Assembly (NCBI GenBank): GCA_017450465.1
Contig: JAFSUW010000005.1
Location: 32,800-56,799, forward strand
DNA from: Clostridia bacterium
GTDB taxonomy: Bacteria > Bacillota > Clostridia > TANB77 > RGIG9151
DNA length: 24,000 bases
Reading direction: 5' to 3'
Each line of letters opens with the position of its first letter. The stretch's first letter is position 1. A model generated the notes under the pieces. That model worked only from the letters and a program-made list of their open reading frames with translations. It was not told the origin of the DNA and made no database searches. Positions 1 to 7,120 of the stretch are shown here, piece after piece. Both the position numbers and the translations under genes were made by a program.

Positions 1-1231
1 GGAAACTTTGTACAACACCATGGTCAGTAATTGCAATAGCATTCCAGCCCCAATCAATAGCCCTTTTTAGCAAATCTTCGCATGAAGTAATTGCATCCAT
101 CTGGCTCATTTTAGTGTGCATATGAAGCTCAACACGTTTATTTTCAGCATCATCCATTCTTTTTTCTTCAGGAATTGGTGGCACATCAATTACAGTTTTA
201 GCAATTACAGTAACCTCTTTCGCAAATTCATCGTATCTTGCTGAACCCTCTACTCTTACTGCTTTTGCTTTATTTAACTTGCTAAAAACTTCTTCAGAAT
301 CCTCTTTCTTAGGAAAAAATTTACATGTTATTGTACTAGTTCTATCAAAAATATTAAATGATATTATATCGTTTTGTTTCTTACCTGAAACTAATTCTGG
401 ATTTAACAAATCGCCTTCTAAAACAAGTTTTAGCTCTTCGCCCATTTTTATTTCAGGAATATTTATAATTTTATAATAATCAGATTTTGTCCTTAAATTT
501 GCACCATAAATTAAAGGCGACTCCTCTCCTTTAACTTTTTTTATGGTAGAAAGTGTATTCTCTTCATGTTTTTCTGTAGTTATCTCAGTAAGTTTAGTGC
601 GTGCTACAATTGTTTTACCATCTTTAGTAGTTATAGTCTTTTTAGCTGGTACATCTTGTGGTTGATCTTGTTGCCTTTCCTGCTGCTCTTTATTAAGCTC
701 CTCTAAAACCACTTTTTCTTGAAGTTTATGCATATTGTTATACTTTTCTTCCAAATCTTCATCAGTAGCACATTCAAACTTAACAATATAATTTTTATTA
801 AACAAATTCTTAAAAATACGTGCAAAAACTAAATTCATCTTCTTGGCCTCAAGCATGTAATCTAGTTTATTAACAACACACACAGTTACCACATTTTTAT
901 CAATATTTAGTTTACTGTTTTGCAAAACAGTAGAAACAAATGGCTCTTTTCTGCCAATATACTTTAATAAATCCTTCCAAACAGAACTTAAATCTTCAGC
1001 AATTTCGACATCTTTATACTCAATATTAAACAAAGTCGAACTTAAGTTAAACTTCTTAATCGCATACTCTTCAAAAGAAATCATATCTTTAAGCGTAATT
1101 TGAGCATTAGAAACAATACTTATTTCAAGTATGTTTTTATCCTTATGCAAATTAAGATTTTTAATCTCGGCATTTATTAAATTATTATTCTCTATATAAT
1201 CATTAAATGTATCTTTAACAAGTTTTCCCAT
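1..1231 (-). CDS. polC: DNA polymerase III PolC-type alpha subunit, N-terminal part (continues past the left window edge)
   Basis: Open frame from ATG 1231-1229, with AGGAG at 1243-1239 and a 7-nt spacer. It begins MGKLVKDTFNDYIENNN and at the window edge reads RVELHMHTKMSQMDAITSCEDLLKRAIDWGWNAIAITDHGVVQSF, which is a PHP-domain signature of PolC. The ORF track omits it because it is truncated by the window. Confidence 0.88.
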   Translation of the reverse strand, partial: MGKLVKDTFNDYIENNNLINAEIKNLNLHKDKNILEISIVSNAQITLKDMISFEEYAIKKFNLSSTLFNIEYKDVEIAEDLSSVWKDLLKYIGRKEPFVSTVLQNSKLNIDKNVVTVCVVNKLDYMLEAKKMNLVFARIFKNLFNKNYIVKFECATDEDLEEKYNNMHKLQEKVVLEELNKEQQERQQDQPQDVPAKKTITTKDGKTIVARTKLTEITTEKHEENTLSTIKKVKGEESPLIYGANLRTKSDYYKIINIPEIKMGEELKLVLEGDLLNPELVSGKKQNDIISFNIFDRTSTITCKFFPKKEDSEEVFSKLNKAKAVRVEGSARYDEFAKEVTVIAKTVIDVPPIPEEKRMDDAENKRVELHMHTKMSQMDAITSCEDLLKRAIDWGWNAIAITDHGVVQSF

Positions 1232-1253
1232 TTTGCATCTCCTAACATTTTGT

Positions 1254-1282
1254 ATTTTATTAAAATAAAATTGAGATGTCAA
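1254..1282 (-). promoter_or_regulatory. sigma-A-type promoter for polC
   Basis: On the minus strand: TTGACA (1282-1277), 17-nt spacer, TAAAAT (1259-1254). The predicted TSS near 1247 lies only ~4 nt upstream of the SD. Confidence 0.5.
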
Positions 1283-1317
1283 AGGAACAAATTGTAATTT
1301 TTTGTATAAATATTAAA

Positions 1318-1512
1318 AATAAAAAACAAATAAAGCAAATTCATCACGAGAGTTTGTTAGCATTCCTCCAAAATGGCTTATGGTGGTCAAAAAAGCTGGA
1401 CGCTTTTTTGAGCGAGGATACGACATGGACGTCGTTTGTGAGCGACCACCATTTATTTTGGTTAGGAATGCAACAAACGAAGTGAAAGAATGAAGCGTAT
1501 TTGTTTTTTATT
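1318..1512. ncRNA. Candidate structured RNA (long imperfect rod, 6S-RNA-like in size and shape); strand unresolved
   Basis: Nested Watson-Crick helices: 1318-1332/1498-1512 (15 bp), 1340-1344/1490-1494, 1345-1347/1482-1484, 1352-1358/1472-1478, 1360-1366/1465-1471, 1368-1374/1455-1461, 1380-1388/1444-1452. Two apical hairpins sit at 1389-1409 and 1420-1435. The core 1340-1480 is visibly more GC-rich than its flanks. It lies in the gap between the pepD stop and the polC promoter. Confidence 0.45.
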
Positions 1513-1531
1513 ATTTGTATTTTAAAAATAT

Positions 1532-2902
1532 TTATATGCTAGAAAGTAATTTAACAACATACCCCCACATTCTATCAGCGGAACTAATCGACAACTTTTC
1601 ATTTGGGCTGTGCGCATCATAAATATTTGGAGCAATCGCAACATACTCGAGATTTTTTATCTTTTCGGCGAAAAAGCCACATTCAAGACAGGCCTGAGTC
1701 TTTATCTTCTTTATATCCTTACCAAAGCACTCCTTATAAACACTAGAACATTTACTAATTAAAGAATTATTCATATCAGGAAAATAACCCGCCATTTCAT
1801 CATATTCTTTTATTTCAATACCATTTTTACTCATTAATGTATCTATTTCCGTTTTTAACTTTTCGCCTAAATTTTTATCATTTGCACGAAGAGAATACTT
1901 AAATAAAATCTCGCACTCATCTTCTTCAATAGCACCCATATTAGCAGATAAAATTATATTATTCTCATCATCGTATGCACACACACCATTTTTGAAGTAA
2001 AAAACAAAATCTAATAATCTTTTAGTTAAACTTTGGCTAAAACATTTTTCACAAAACTGAATTTCACTTAAAGTTATATCCCCATAAATCTTATACCCTT
2101 CTATTTTTGAAATAAGAGTATCTAATTTTTCTTTAGTAGAAAAAGTTATAGCAAACTCCCTTGGTATTATATTTACTCTGCTACCACCCTTTACTTCATT
2201 AATGCAAACATCATACCCCTTAAGAAGTTCTGCTGCTAACTTAATAGGATTAACTCTAGTTTCGTCGCCTATATCTAGTCCTGAGTGTCCGCCCTTAAAA
2301 TTTTTTAATTCTAATTTGTATGTAACATAATCTTTTGGAGTATTCTCATACTCTTTTTTTGTCTTTGATATCCATTCTTTGCTATTTGAGGATGATACCC
2401 ACATAAAATCTTCTGAAAAGCAATCAAATGAAATTATTTTATTACTCATAAGTTTACTACTATCTATCATTCTTGCACCATTCATTGTAGTTTCTTCTTG
2501 CACAGTAAATAAACATTCAAGTGGTGGAGTTTCAATGTCAGAATCTAAAATGGCAAGCATATAAGCAACTCCAATGCCATCATCCGCACCCAGAGTTGTA
2601 CCACGTGCTTTTAAGAAATCTCCATCTACATATAAATCAAGACCCTGCGTTAAAAAGTCGTGTGCAACACCTAACTCCTTTTCACATATCATATCCATGT
2701 GGCTTTGGAGTATTATAAGTTCTTTATCTTCATTACCAATTGACGCTTCCTTAAAAATTATCACGTTATTTATAGCATCACGAAAGTATTTTAAGTTTCT
2801 TTCTTTTGCAAAATTTACTAAATAATCTGCAATTTTTTCTTCATTACTTGGTTTTCTTGGCACATTACTTATTTCATAAAAATAATTTAAATATGTTTTC
2901 AT
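1532..2902 (-). CDS. pepD: Aminoacyl-histidine (Xaa-His) dipeptidase, M20 family PepD
   Basis: 456 aa. PepD-like metal and catalytic motifs are present: LQSHMDM, KARGTTLGADDGIGVA, VQEETTMNGA, KGGHSG, DAHSPNE. SD GAGGAGGAG lies upstream, and the start overlaps the racemase stop (ATGA at 2899-2902). Confidence 0.85.
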   Translation of the reverse strand: MKTYLNYFYEISNVPRKPSNEEKIADYLVNFAKERNLKYFRDAINNVIIFKEASIGNEDKELIILQSHMDMICEKELGVAHDFLTQGLDLYVDGDFLKARGTTLGADDGIGVAYMLAILDSDIETPPLECLFTVQEETTMNGARMIDSSKLMSNKIISFDCFSEDFMWVSSSNSKEWISKTKKEYENTPKDYVTYKLELKNFKGGHSGLDIGDETRVNPIKLAAELLKGYDVCINEVKGGSRVNIIPREFAITFSTKEKLDTLISKIEGYKIYGDITLSEIQFCEKCFSQSLTKRLLDFVFYFKNGVCAYDDENNIILSANMGAIEEDECEILFKYSLRANDKNLGEKLKTEIDTLMSKNGIEIKEYDEMAGYFPDMNNSLISKCSSVYKECFGKDIKKIKTQACLECGFFAEKIKNLEYVAIAPNIYDAHSPNEKLSISSADRMWGYVVKLLSSI

Positions 2903-3654
2903 AAAATCTCCTCCTCATATTCAGCTTCATACTGCACAATTCCCAAAATTCTTGCACTGTTTTTCTCAACTTTTTGGGCATTTATGATAAAACCTGATGG
3001 CTGTAATATATCTAATTTTTCTTCGTCAAAAGCCATAAGAGTGGCTACTGTACCACTTCCACAAGCAGTTTCAAAAAATAGTGTATCTATACTTTTTACA
3101 AGTACAATTGGGAAAATTTTTAATGCCTTATCTGTTTCCTCTGTAAAAATCACGCCAACTGCCTTATCATCCACTTTTAAATTATCTATAATCTCTCTTG
3201 CTTTTTCTTTAATGTTAGTTAAATCACATAAATATTTTTCACTTTCATTTTCGTTTAATACAATGTGCGTAATACCTTCTATTTCAATAATTTTATAACC
3301 TTTATACTTTTTAACGCTATTTACTTTTATATCTGCGTATACATTACTGTTTTTATCTATACCCGCTTTTACTTTATCCGTCATACCAGAAACTTTAATA
3401 CTAATATTTCTATTTTTATTTTCTCCTAGATAATACAATGCTGCACATCTTGTAGCGTTGCCACAAAACTCTCCTCCAGCCATAGTAAGTTTATATTCTT
3501 TTTCACTTACAAAGCCCACTTGTTCAACACTTTTATGCTTATATAAAATAAAATCATTTATATGCTTTTTCTGCGCCTTTGTGTACCAGTCACCAATTAC
3601 TAATGCAGTCTTATTACCACTAGGGACATACAATTTGTACTTTACTTTTTCCAT
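2899..3654 (-). CDS. DapF-fold cofactor-independent two-cysteine racemase/epimerase (CntK/histidine-racemase-like); substrate unknown
   Basis: 251 aa. Motifs: PSGNKTALV near the N-terminus, MAGGEFCGNATRCAA (Cys64) and FFETACGSGTVA (Cys198). This is the two-domain, two-thiol pattern of the diaminopimelate-epimerase family. SD GGAGGA (3666-3661) precedes ATG 3654. Confidence 0.65.
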   Translation of the reverse strand: MEKVKYKLYVPSGNKTALVIGDWYTKAQKKHINDFILYKHKSVEQVGFVSEKEYKLTMAGGEFCGNATRCAALYYLGENKNRNISIKVSGMTDKVKAGIDKNSNVYADIKVNSVKKYKGYKIIEIEGITHIVLNENESEKYLCDLTNIKEKAREIIDNLKVDDKAVGVIFTEETDKALKIFPIVLVKSIDTLFFETACGSGTVATLMAFDEEKLDILQPSGFIINAQKVEKNSARILGIVQYEAEYEEEIL

Positions 3655-3678
3655 AAAAATTCCTCCTTTTTTGCATAC

Positions 3679-3712
3679 AAAAAAGCTATCTAGTTATACC
3701 TAGATAGCTTTT
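3679..3712 (-). terminator. Rho-independent terminator inside the 5' leader of the racemase-pepD operon (attenuator terminator)
   Basis: Minus strand reads AAAAGCUAUCUAG (3712-3700), loop GUAUAA, CUAGAUAGCUUUU (3693-3681), then UU G. This gives a 13-bp stem and an effective U6 tract, about 15 nt before the racemase SD. Confidence 0.7.
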
Positions 3713-3829
3713 ACCCATCGTAGGTATAACACAAATAGTGCTTATACCTACGAAATTTTCGTAAGTTTAAGCACTCCTACGATGATGCCAATTTGTATTA
3801 ATTAAAAATTTTAACATAATAATCACTCC
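3693..3829 (-). promoter_or_regulatory. Leader region with mutually exclusive RNA pairings (candidate transcription attenuator)
   Basis: Exact complementarities on the minus strand: 3752-3742 with 3729-3719 (11 bp); 3730-3721 with 3702-3693 (10 bp); 3784-3776 with 3724-3716 (9 bp); 3775-3768 with 3744-3737 (8 bp). 3765-3757 pairs with 3755-3747 (9 bp including one G.U). The motif UAGGUAUAA occurs twice and its complement once. Confidence 0.55.
3767..3817 (-). CDS. Candidate 16-codon leader peptide MLKFLINTNWHHRRSA
   Basis: GGAG (3829-3826) lies 8 nt upstream of the ATG (3817-3815). The codons are ATG TTA AAA TTT TTA ATT AAT ACA AAT TGG CAT CAT CGT AGG AGT GCT TAA. The tandem His codons (3787-3782) and the Arg codons overlap attenuator segment 1. 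Confidence 0.4.
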   Translation of the reverse strand: MLKFLINTNWHHRRSA

Positions 3830-3835
3830 ATATTT

Positions 3836-3864
3836 ATAATAATTCATATTATGTTTTATGTCAA
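3836..3864 (-). promoter_or_regulatory. sigma-A-type promoter for the leader/racemase-pepD transcript
   Basis: TTGACA (3864-3859), 17 nt, TATTAT (3841-3836). It starts immediately after the stop of the upstream gene. The predicted TSS near 3829 coincides with the leader GGAG. Confidence 0.45.
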
Positions 3865-3871
3865 GTATAGT

Positions 3872-5272
3872 CTATAATCTTGCTCTTTTACCAGTAGTCA
3901 AATTAACAACTTCATATACACCATTTCTAATACAATAAAGACTTCCTTCTTTAGTAACAAAAGCGTCACCATCTATAAAATCATAGATTTTTGTCATTTC
4001 GCCATTACTACTCATATAAAAATAGCCATCATTTATTGCACTTACTTTACCAACAGCCATTATTTTGTCTTTATCAGGGAAATATGTCGCTAAAACATAT
4101 AAACCATCATCAAAATAACCAACTACTCTTAAACTATTATAATCATTATACCTTTTATTAATTATTTCTAAATTTCCTTCTTTGTCGAGAATAGCTATCA
4201 TTCCAGCACTGTTGCTAAACTTACCTCCTAAGTTCCTATGATTTGAGCATAGATAGTATCCAACACTTGATTTATATACATTCGTTAACATTTGTGCTTT
4301 ATCCCAATCTACTACATTTTTCACAATATCTTTAGTTTCTACCAAAACATAATTTTCATATGGTGTATAAGGTGCTGGAATATGATCATCTAAATAAACC
4401 GTTAAACTAATAATATTTTTATCATCAAATTCCCAAATCTCACCGGAAAGACGTACATTTTCTCCTTCAAATTGTCCAAGATTCTCTACTTTTTTATCAT
4501 TGTAATAAACATAGCCATCTTCTAATTCAAAATTATCTGTAACATCTTCGGCAATTTTTTCTTCTCCCTTATAATCTGATGTTTCAGATTCATCAACCAA
4601 TATTAAACTATTAGAACTATAATCTAAACTGTAGTTATAATACTTTCTACCAGTTAGTGTGGATTCGATATCACCATCTTCATTTACTGTTTTGTCATAA
4701 ATATCCTTACATACTTGTAATTCTGCATTATTTTTATTTATTTTAGTTAAATACATTGGTGAAGTTCTATCCCTTGTATCTACTACAAGACCTTTTTCCT
4801 TACTATATGAAATTTGCCAACCGTACTCATCGTTTGCAAATCTCCATGTTAGTGGGAAATATGTTATATCCCTAAAATTCAAAACAGGGAATTCTTCTTC
4901 ATCATTGTCTATCTGTAAACCATTAATTATAATTGGATATCTTGCGATAGTCGCTTTATAAATTGTATCTTTTTTGTTAGAGCCCGCATAACTCTTATAT
5001 TCTTCGTTATTTCCTGCATAATTTGCTATATATAACCCATCAATTCTGTCCCACGAAATAACAAGTCCAACATTTTGACATAAAGAATATGTCATTGGGA
5101 AATATGTAATATCTTTATATACTACTAATGGATATAATTCCTTTTCATTATCAAAAACAAATTCATTTATCGTGGTTTTAAATGATGGTATTTTAACATT
5201 TACCTCATCAGCTGCATAACTTATATTTAAAATCAAAAAAAGGCAACAAATAAGTAATAATCCTCTCTTCAT
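3872..5272 (-). CDS. Secreted protein of unknown function: signal peptide, two stalk-like repeats, C-terminal Tyr/Gly-rich repeats suggestive of a beta-propeller
   Basis: 466 aa. The N-terminus MKRGLLLICCLFLILNISYA-ADE looks like a signal peptide. Internal repeat YPLVVYKDITYFPMTY / FPVLNFRDITYFPLTW resembles copper-amine-oxidase-N-terminal-like stalk repeats of clostridial secreted proteins. Later motifs recur: GYVYYND, GYYLCSN, DGLYVLATY, DGYFYMSSNG, GSLYCIRNG. SD AGGGTGA precedes the ATG. Confidence 0.6.
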   Translation of the reverse strand: MKRGLLLICCLFLILNISYAADEVNVKIPSFKTTINEFVFDNEKELYPLVVYKDITYFPMTYSLCQNVGLVISWDRIDGLYIANYAGNNEEYKSYAGSNKKDTIYKATIARYPIIINGLQIDNDEEEFPVLNFRDITYFPLTWRFANDEYGWQISYSKEKGLVVDTRDRTSPMYLTKINKNNAELQVCKDIYDKTVNEDGDIESTLTGRKYYNYSLDYSSNSLILVDESETSDYKGEEKIAEDVTDNFELEDGYVYYNDKKVENLGQFEGENVRLSGEIWEFDDKNIISLTVYLDDHIPAPYTPYENYVLVETKDIVKNVVDWDKAQMLTNVYKSSVGYYLCSNHRNLGGKFSNSAGMIAILDKEGNLEIINKRYNDYNSLRVVGYFDDGLYVLATYFPDKDKIMAVGKVSAINDGYFYMSSNGEMTKIYDFIDGDAFVTKEGSLYCIRNGVYEVVNLTTGKRARL

Positions 5273-5291
5273 AAAAAATCACCCTACGTTT

Positions 5292-5300
5292 ATTATATCA
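5292..5300 (-). promoter_or_regulatory. Extended -10 promoter element (TGATATAAT) for the secreted-protein gene
   Basis: Minus strand TGATATAAT matches TGnTATAAT. The predicted TSS near 5285 is at the first base of the SD AGGGTGA. Confidence 0.4.
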
Positions 5301-5342
5301 TATTGAAACCATTTTTCCATTACAAATTTATTACATTTTTCA

Positions 5343-5876
5343 TCAAATTTTGTAACATCTTATTTCACAATTTACCTGATAAAAATCAGTTATTTCTCCT
5401 ATATCTGTTATATTATTTAAATAAACATAAATTGCTCTTGCTATGTCTCCATGAGTTACAAATAACACATTTTTATCTTTATATTCTTTTTTCACATCTT
5501 CAATTAAACTTCCTACTCTTCTTAAAATACTTTTCATACCTTCAGAATCTTCGTATACTACTTCTTTTGTTATATCATGCCACAAGTTTCTATCTAGTTT
5601 TGTTACTGGTTCAAACTGCATTTTACCAGCGTTTCGTTCTATTAGTCTTTCATCATAAATTACTTTTACATTATTTTTATTTATTATTTCACAAGTCTGT
5701 TTAGTCCTTTTTAATGGCGAACAAATAATAACATCTAAATTTATTTTTGCTATTTCTTCTTTCATAGCATTTGCTTGCTCTATACCTACTTCATTTAATT
5801 TATGTTCGTTCCATGCATTAATTAAACCATTAACGTTTTCATCTGTCTGGCCATGCCTTATTACATATAAATTCAT
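5343..5876 (-). CDS. Histidine phosphatase family protein (phosphoglycerate-mutase-like)
   Basis: MNLYVIRHGQTDEN contains the RHG catalytic motif, and a THG motif (LFVTHGDI) occurs later. I moved the start to ATG 5876 because AAGGAG (5889-5884) sits 7 nt upstream. The track start at 5894 lacks an SD. Confidence 0.8.
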   Translation of the reverse strand: MNLYVIRHGQTDENVNGLINAWNEHKLNEVGIEQANAMKEEIAKINLDVIICSPLKRTKQTCEIINKNNVKVIYDERLIERNAGKMQFEPVTKLDRNLWHDITKEVVYEDSEGMKSILRRVGSLIEDVKKEYKDKNVLFVTHGDIARAIYVYLNNITDIGEITDFYQVNCEIRCYKI

Positions 5877-5890
5877 TATAATTCTCCTTA

Positions 5891-6376
5891 TCACATGTAA
5901 ATTATAGCTAAATCATATTTGAAAATATTTATTTTTAGTGTTTCACAAGTCGCAACTATTTTATCTGCTATGCAAAGTATTACACTTTCTTTATGCTTTG
6001 GCGGTTTTAAGTTTAATGGAAACATATGCTTTAGTATCATATCTTTTTCTACATCATTTAATTCAAACTCTTTTTCTGCATTCTCTAGTGCAGTTTTTGC
6101 ATGTGTAAAACCATGTAACCCATGACACGAATTTTTGTCATGCCAATCATAAAGAAAATAGTCATGTAAAAGCGATCCTCTTATTAACGATTTCTCATCT
6201 ACTTTTAACTTTAATTTCTTAGCTATCGAATAGCTTACACAGGCAACTTTAAGCGAATGCAAAAAAGCACTCGTGTTTCCATGTTGCATATATCTTTTCT
6301 CTAACTCCATACCATTTGAATTTATTATATCTTGTCCAAAAAACTTTACTGCTTCCTCAGTACGCACCTTTTTCAC
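5891..6376 (-). CDS. HD-domain phosphohydrolase
   Basis: 161 aa with QHGNTSAFLHSLKVA ... SLLHDYFLYDWHD, the H...HD metal-binding pattern of HD hydrolases. The start is uncertain: GTG 6376 has a poorly spaced SD, and GTG 6367 is an alternative. Confidence 0.7.
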   Translation of the reverse strand: MKKVRTEEAVKFFGQDIINSNGMELEKRYMQHGNTSAFLHSLKVACVSYSIAKKLKLKVDEKSLIRGSLLHDYFLYDWHDKNSCHGLHGFTHAKTALENAEKEFELNDVEKDMILKHMFPLNLKPPKHKESVILCIADKIVATCETLKINIFKYDLAIIYM

Positions 6377-6491
6377 TTTCCTTTAATTCAATAAATATAC
6401 ACGACTAAAAACTTGCTATCCCCATAAAAAGATTAACAACTATTTCACCATAAACTGCTCCCTTAAGGTTAAAATTTATTATATTAAGTCT

Positions 6492-7031
6492 TTATTCTTC
6501 ATTTATATCAATCAAGGAAAATAAGTCTTTATTATTGTTTAACTCAACAATATTCATTACAACACCTTCACCTAATACATTGCCACCTAATTTTTTAATT
6601 GCTTCTTTTATAGAATCTAATGTATTCCCTGTTGCATAAATATCATCAATTATGTAGAAATTTTTACCGGTATACTCGGTATTTACTAACTTAGGAAGTT
6701 CAAGAGTATCTTTTCCATATTCTTTTTCGTAATCAAATTGACTTGCCACAGTAGTTGGAGGAAGCTTTCCTTTTTTTCTTACTGGAACTAGTCCAACACT
6801 TAATTTCTCAGCAATTGCAGAGCCGAACAAAAATCCACGTGCTTCTGGTGCTACAATATAATCAATATTTCTATTTTTTAATTCCTCCACAAATTTATCC
6901 ATTATTTCATTAAATACATCTTTTTGAAGTATAAGTGGGTTAATATCAATAAACTCAATCCCCTTTATTGGATAATCTTTCTCTGTTCGTAAATTTAATT
7001 CACTTTTTAATTCGTTTCTTAAAATTTTCAT
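6492..7031 (-). CDS. apt: Adenine phosphoribosyltransferase
   Basis: 179 aa. IKGIEFIDINPL, YIVAPEARGFLFGSAIA, and the PRPP-binding loop FYIIDDIYATGNT. SD AAGGAG lies upstream. Confidence 0.9.
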   Translation of the reverse strand: MKILRNELKSELNLRTEKDYPIKGIEFIDINPLILQKDVFNEIMDKFVEELKNRNIDYIVAPEARGFLFGSAIAEKLSVGLVPVRKKGKLPPTTVASQFDYEKEYGKDTLELPKLVNTEYTGKNFYIIDDIYATGNTLDSIKEAIKKLGGNVLGEGVVMNIVELNNNKDLFSLIDINEE

Positions 7032-7120
7032 AAAAACACTCCTTTTTTTTACTTTATATTAAAAGCCACTATAAAAGACATTGAATCTTTGTTCCTTCCA
7101 TTTTTGACTTTTAATATAAG

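Noticed and set aside
1276-1485. 69-aa plus-strand ORF
   Set aside because: It has no SD, lies entirely within the long inverted-repeat/structured element, and is antisense to the local transcription direction. It is most likely a by-product of the GC-richer RNA sequence.
3655-3871. T-box riboswitch or HutP-type (UAG-repeat) antiterminator as an explanation of the racemase-pepD leader
   Set aside because: The leader is too short for a T-box and has no T-box-like conserved bulge sequence (…GGUGGNACCGCG…) or specifier-loop architecture. UAG triplets are present (CGUAGG x2, CUAGGUAUAACUAGAUAG), but their spacing (7 nt and 1 nt) does not fit the regular 4-nt spacing of HutP sites, and no hutP is in the window.
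6440-6451. Mini-ORF ATG GTG AAA TAG (MVK) with GGGAG 6 nt upstream, in the apt/HD-hydrolase intergenic region
   Set aside because: It has only three codons, and no associated alternative hairpins or terminator lie downstream. It could be a chance SD+ATG in a 115-nt gap. It is worth a glance in Ribo-seq data but is not supportable as a feature.
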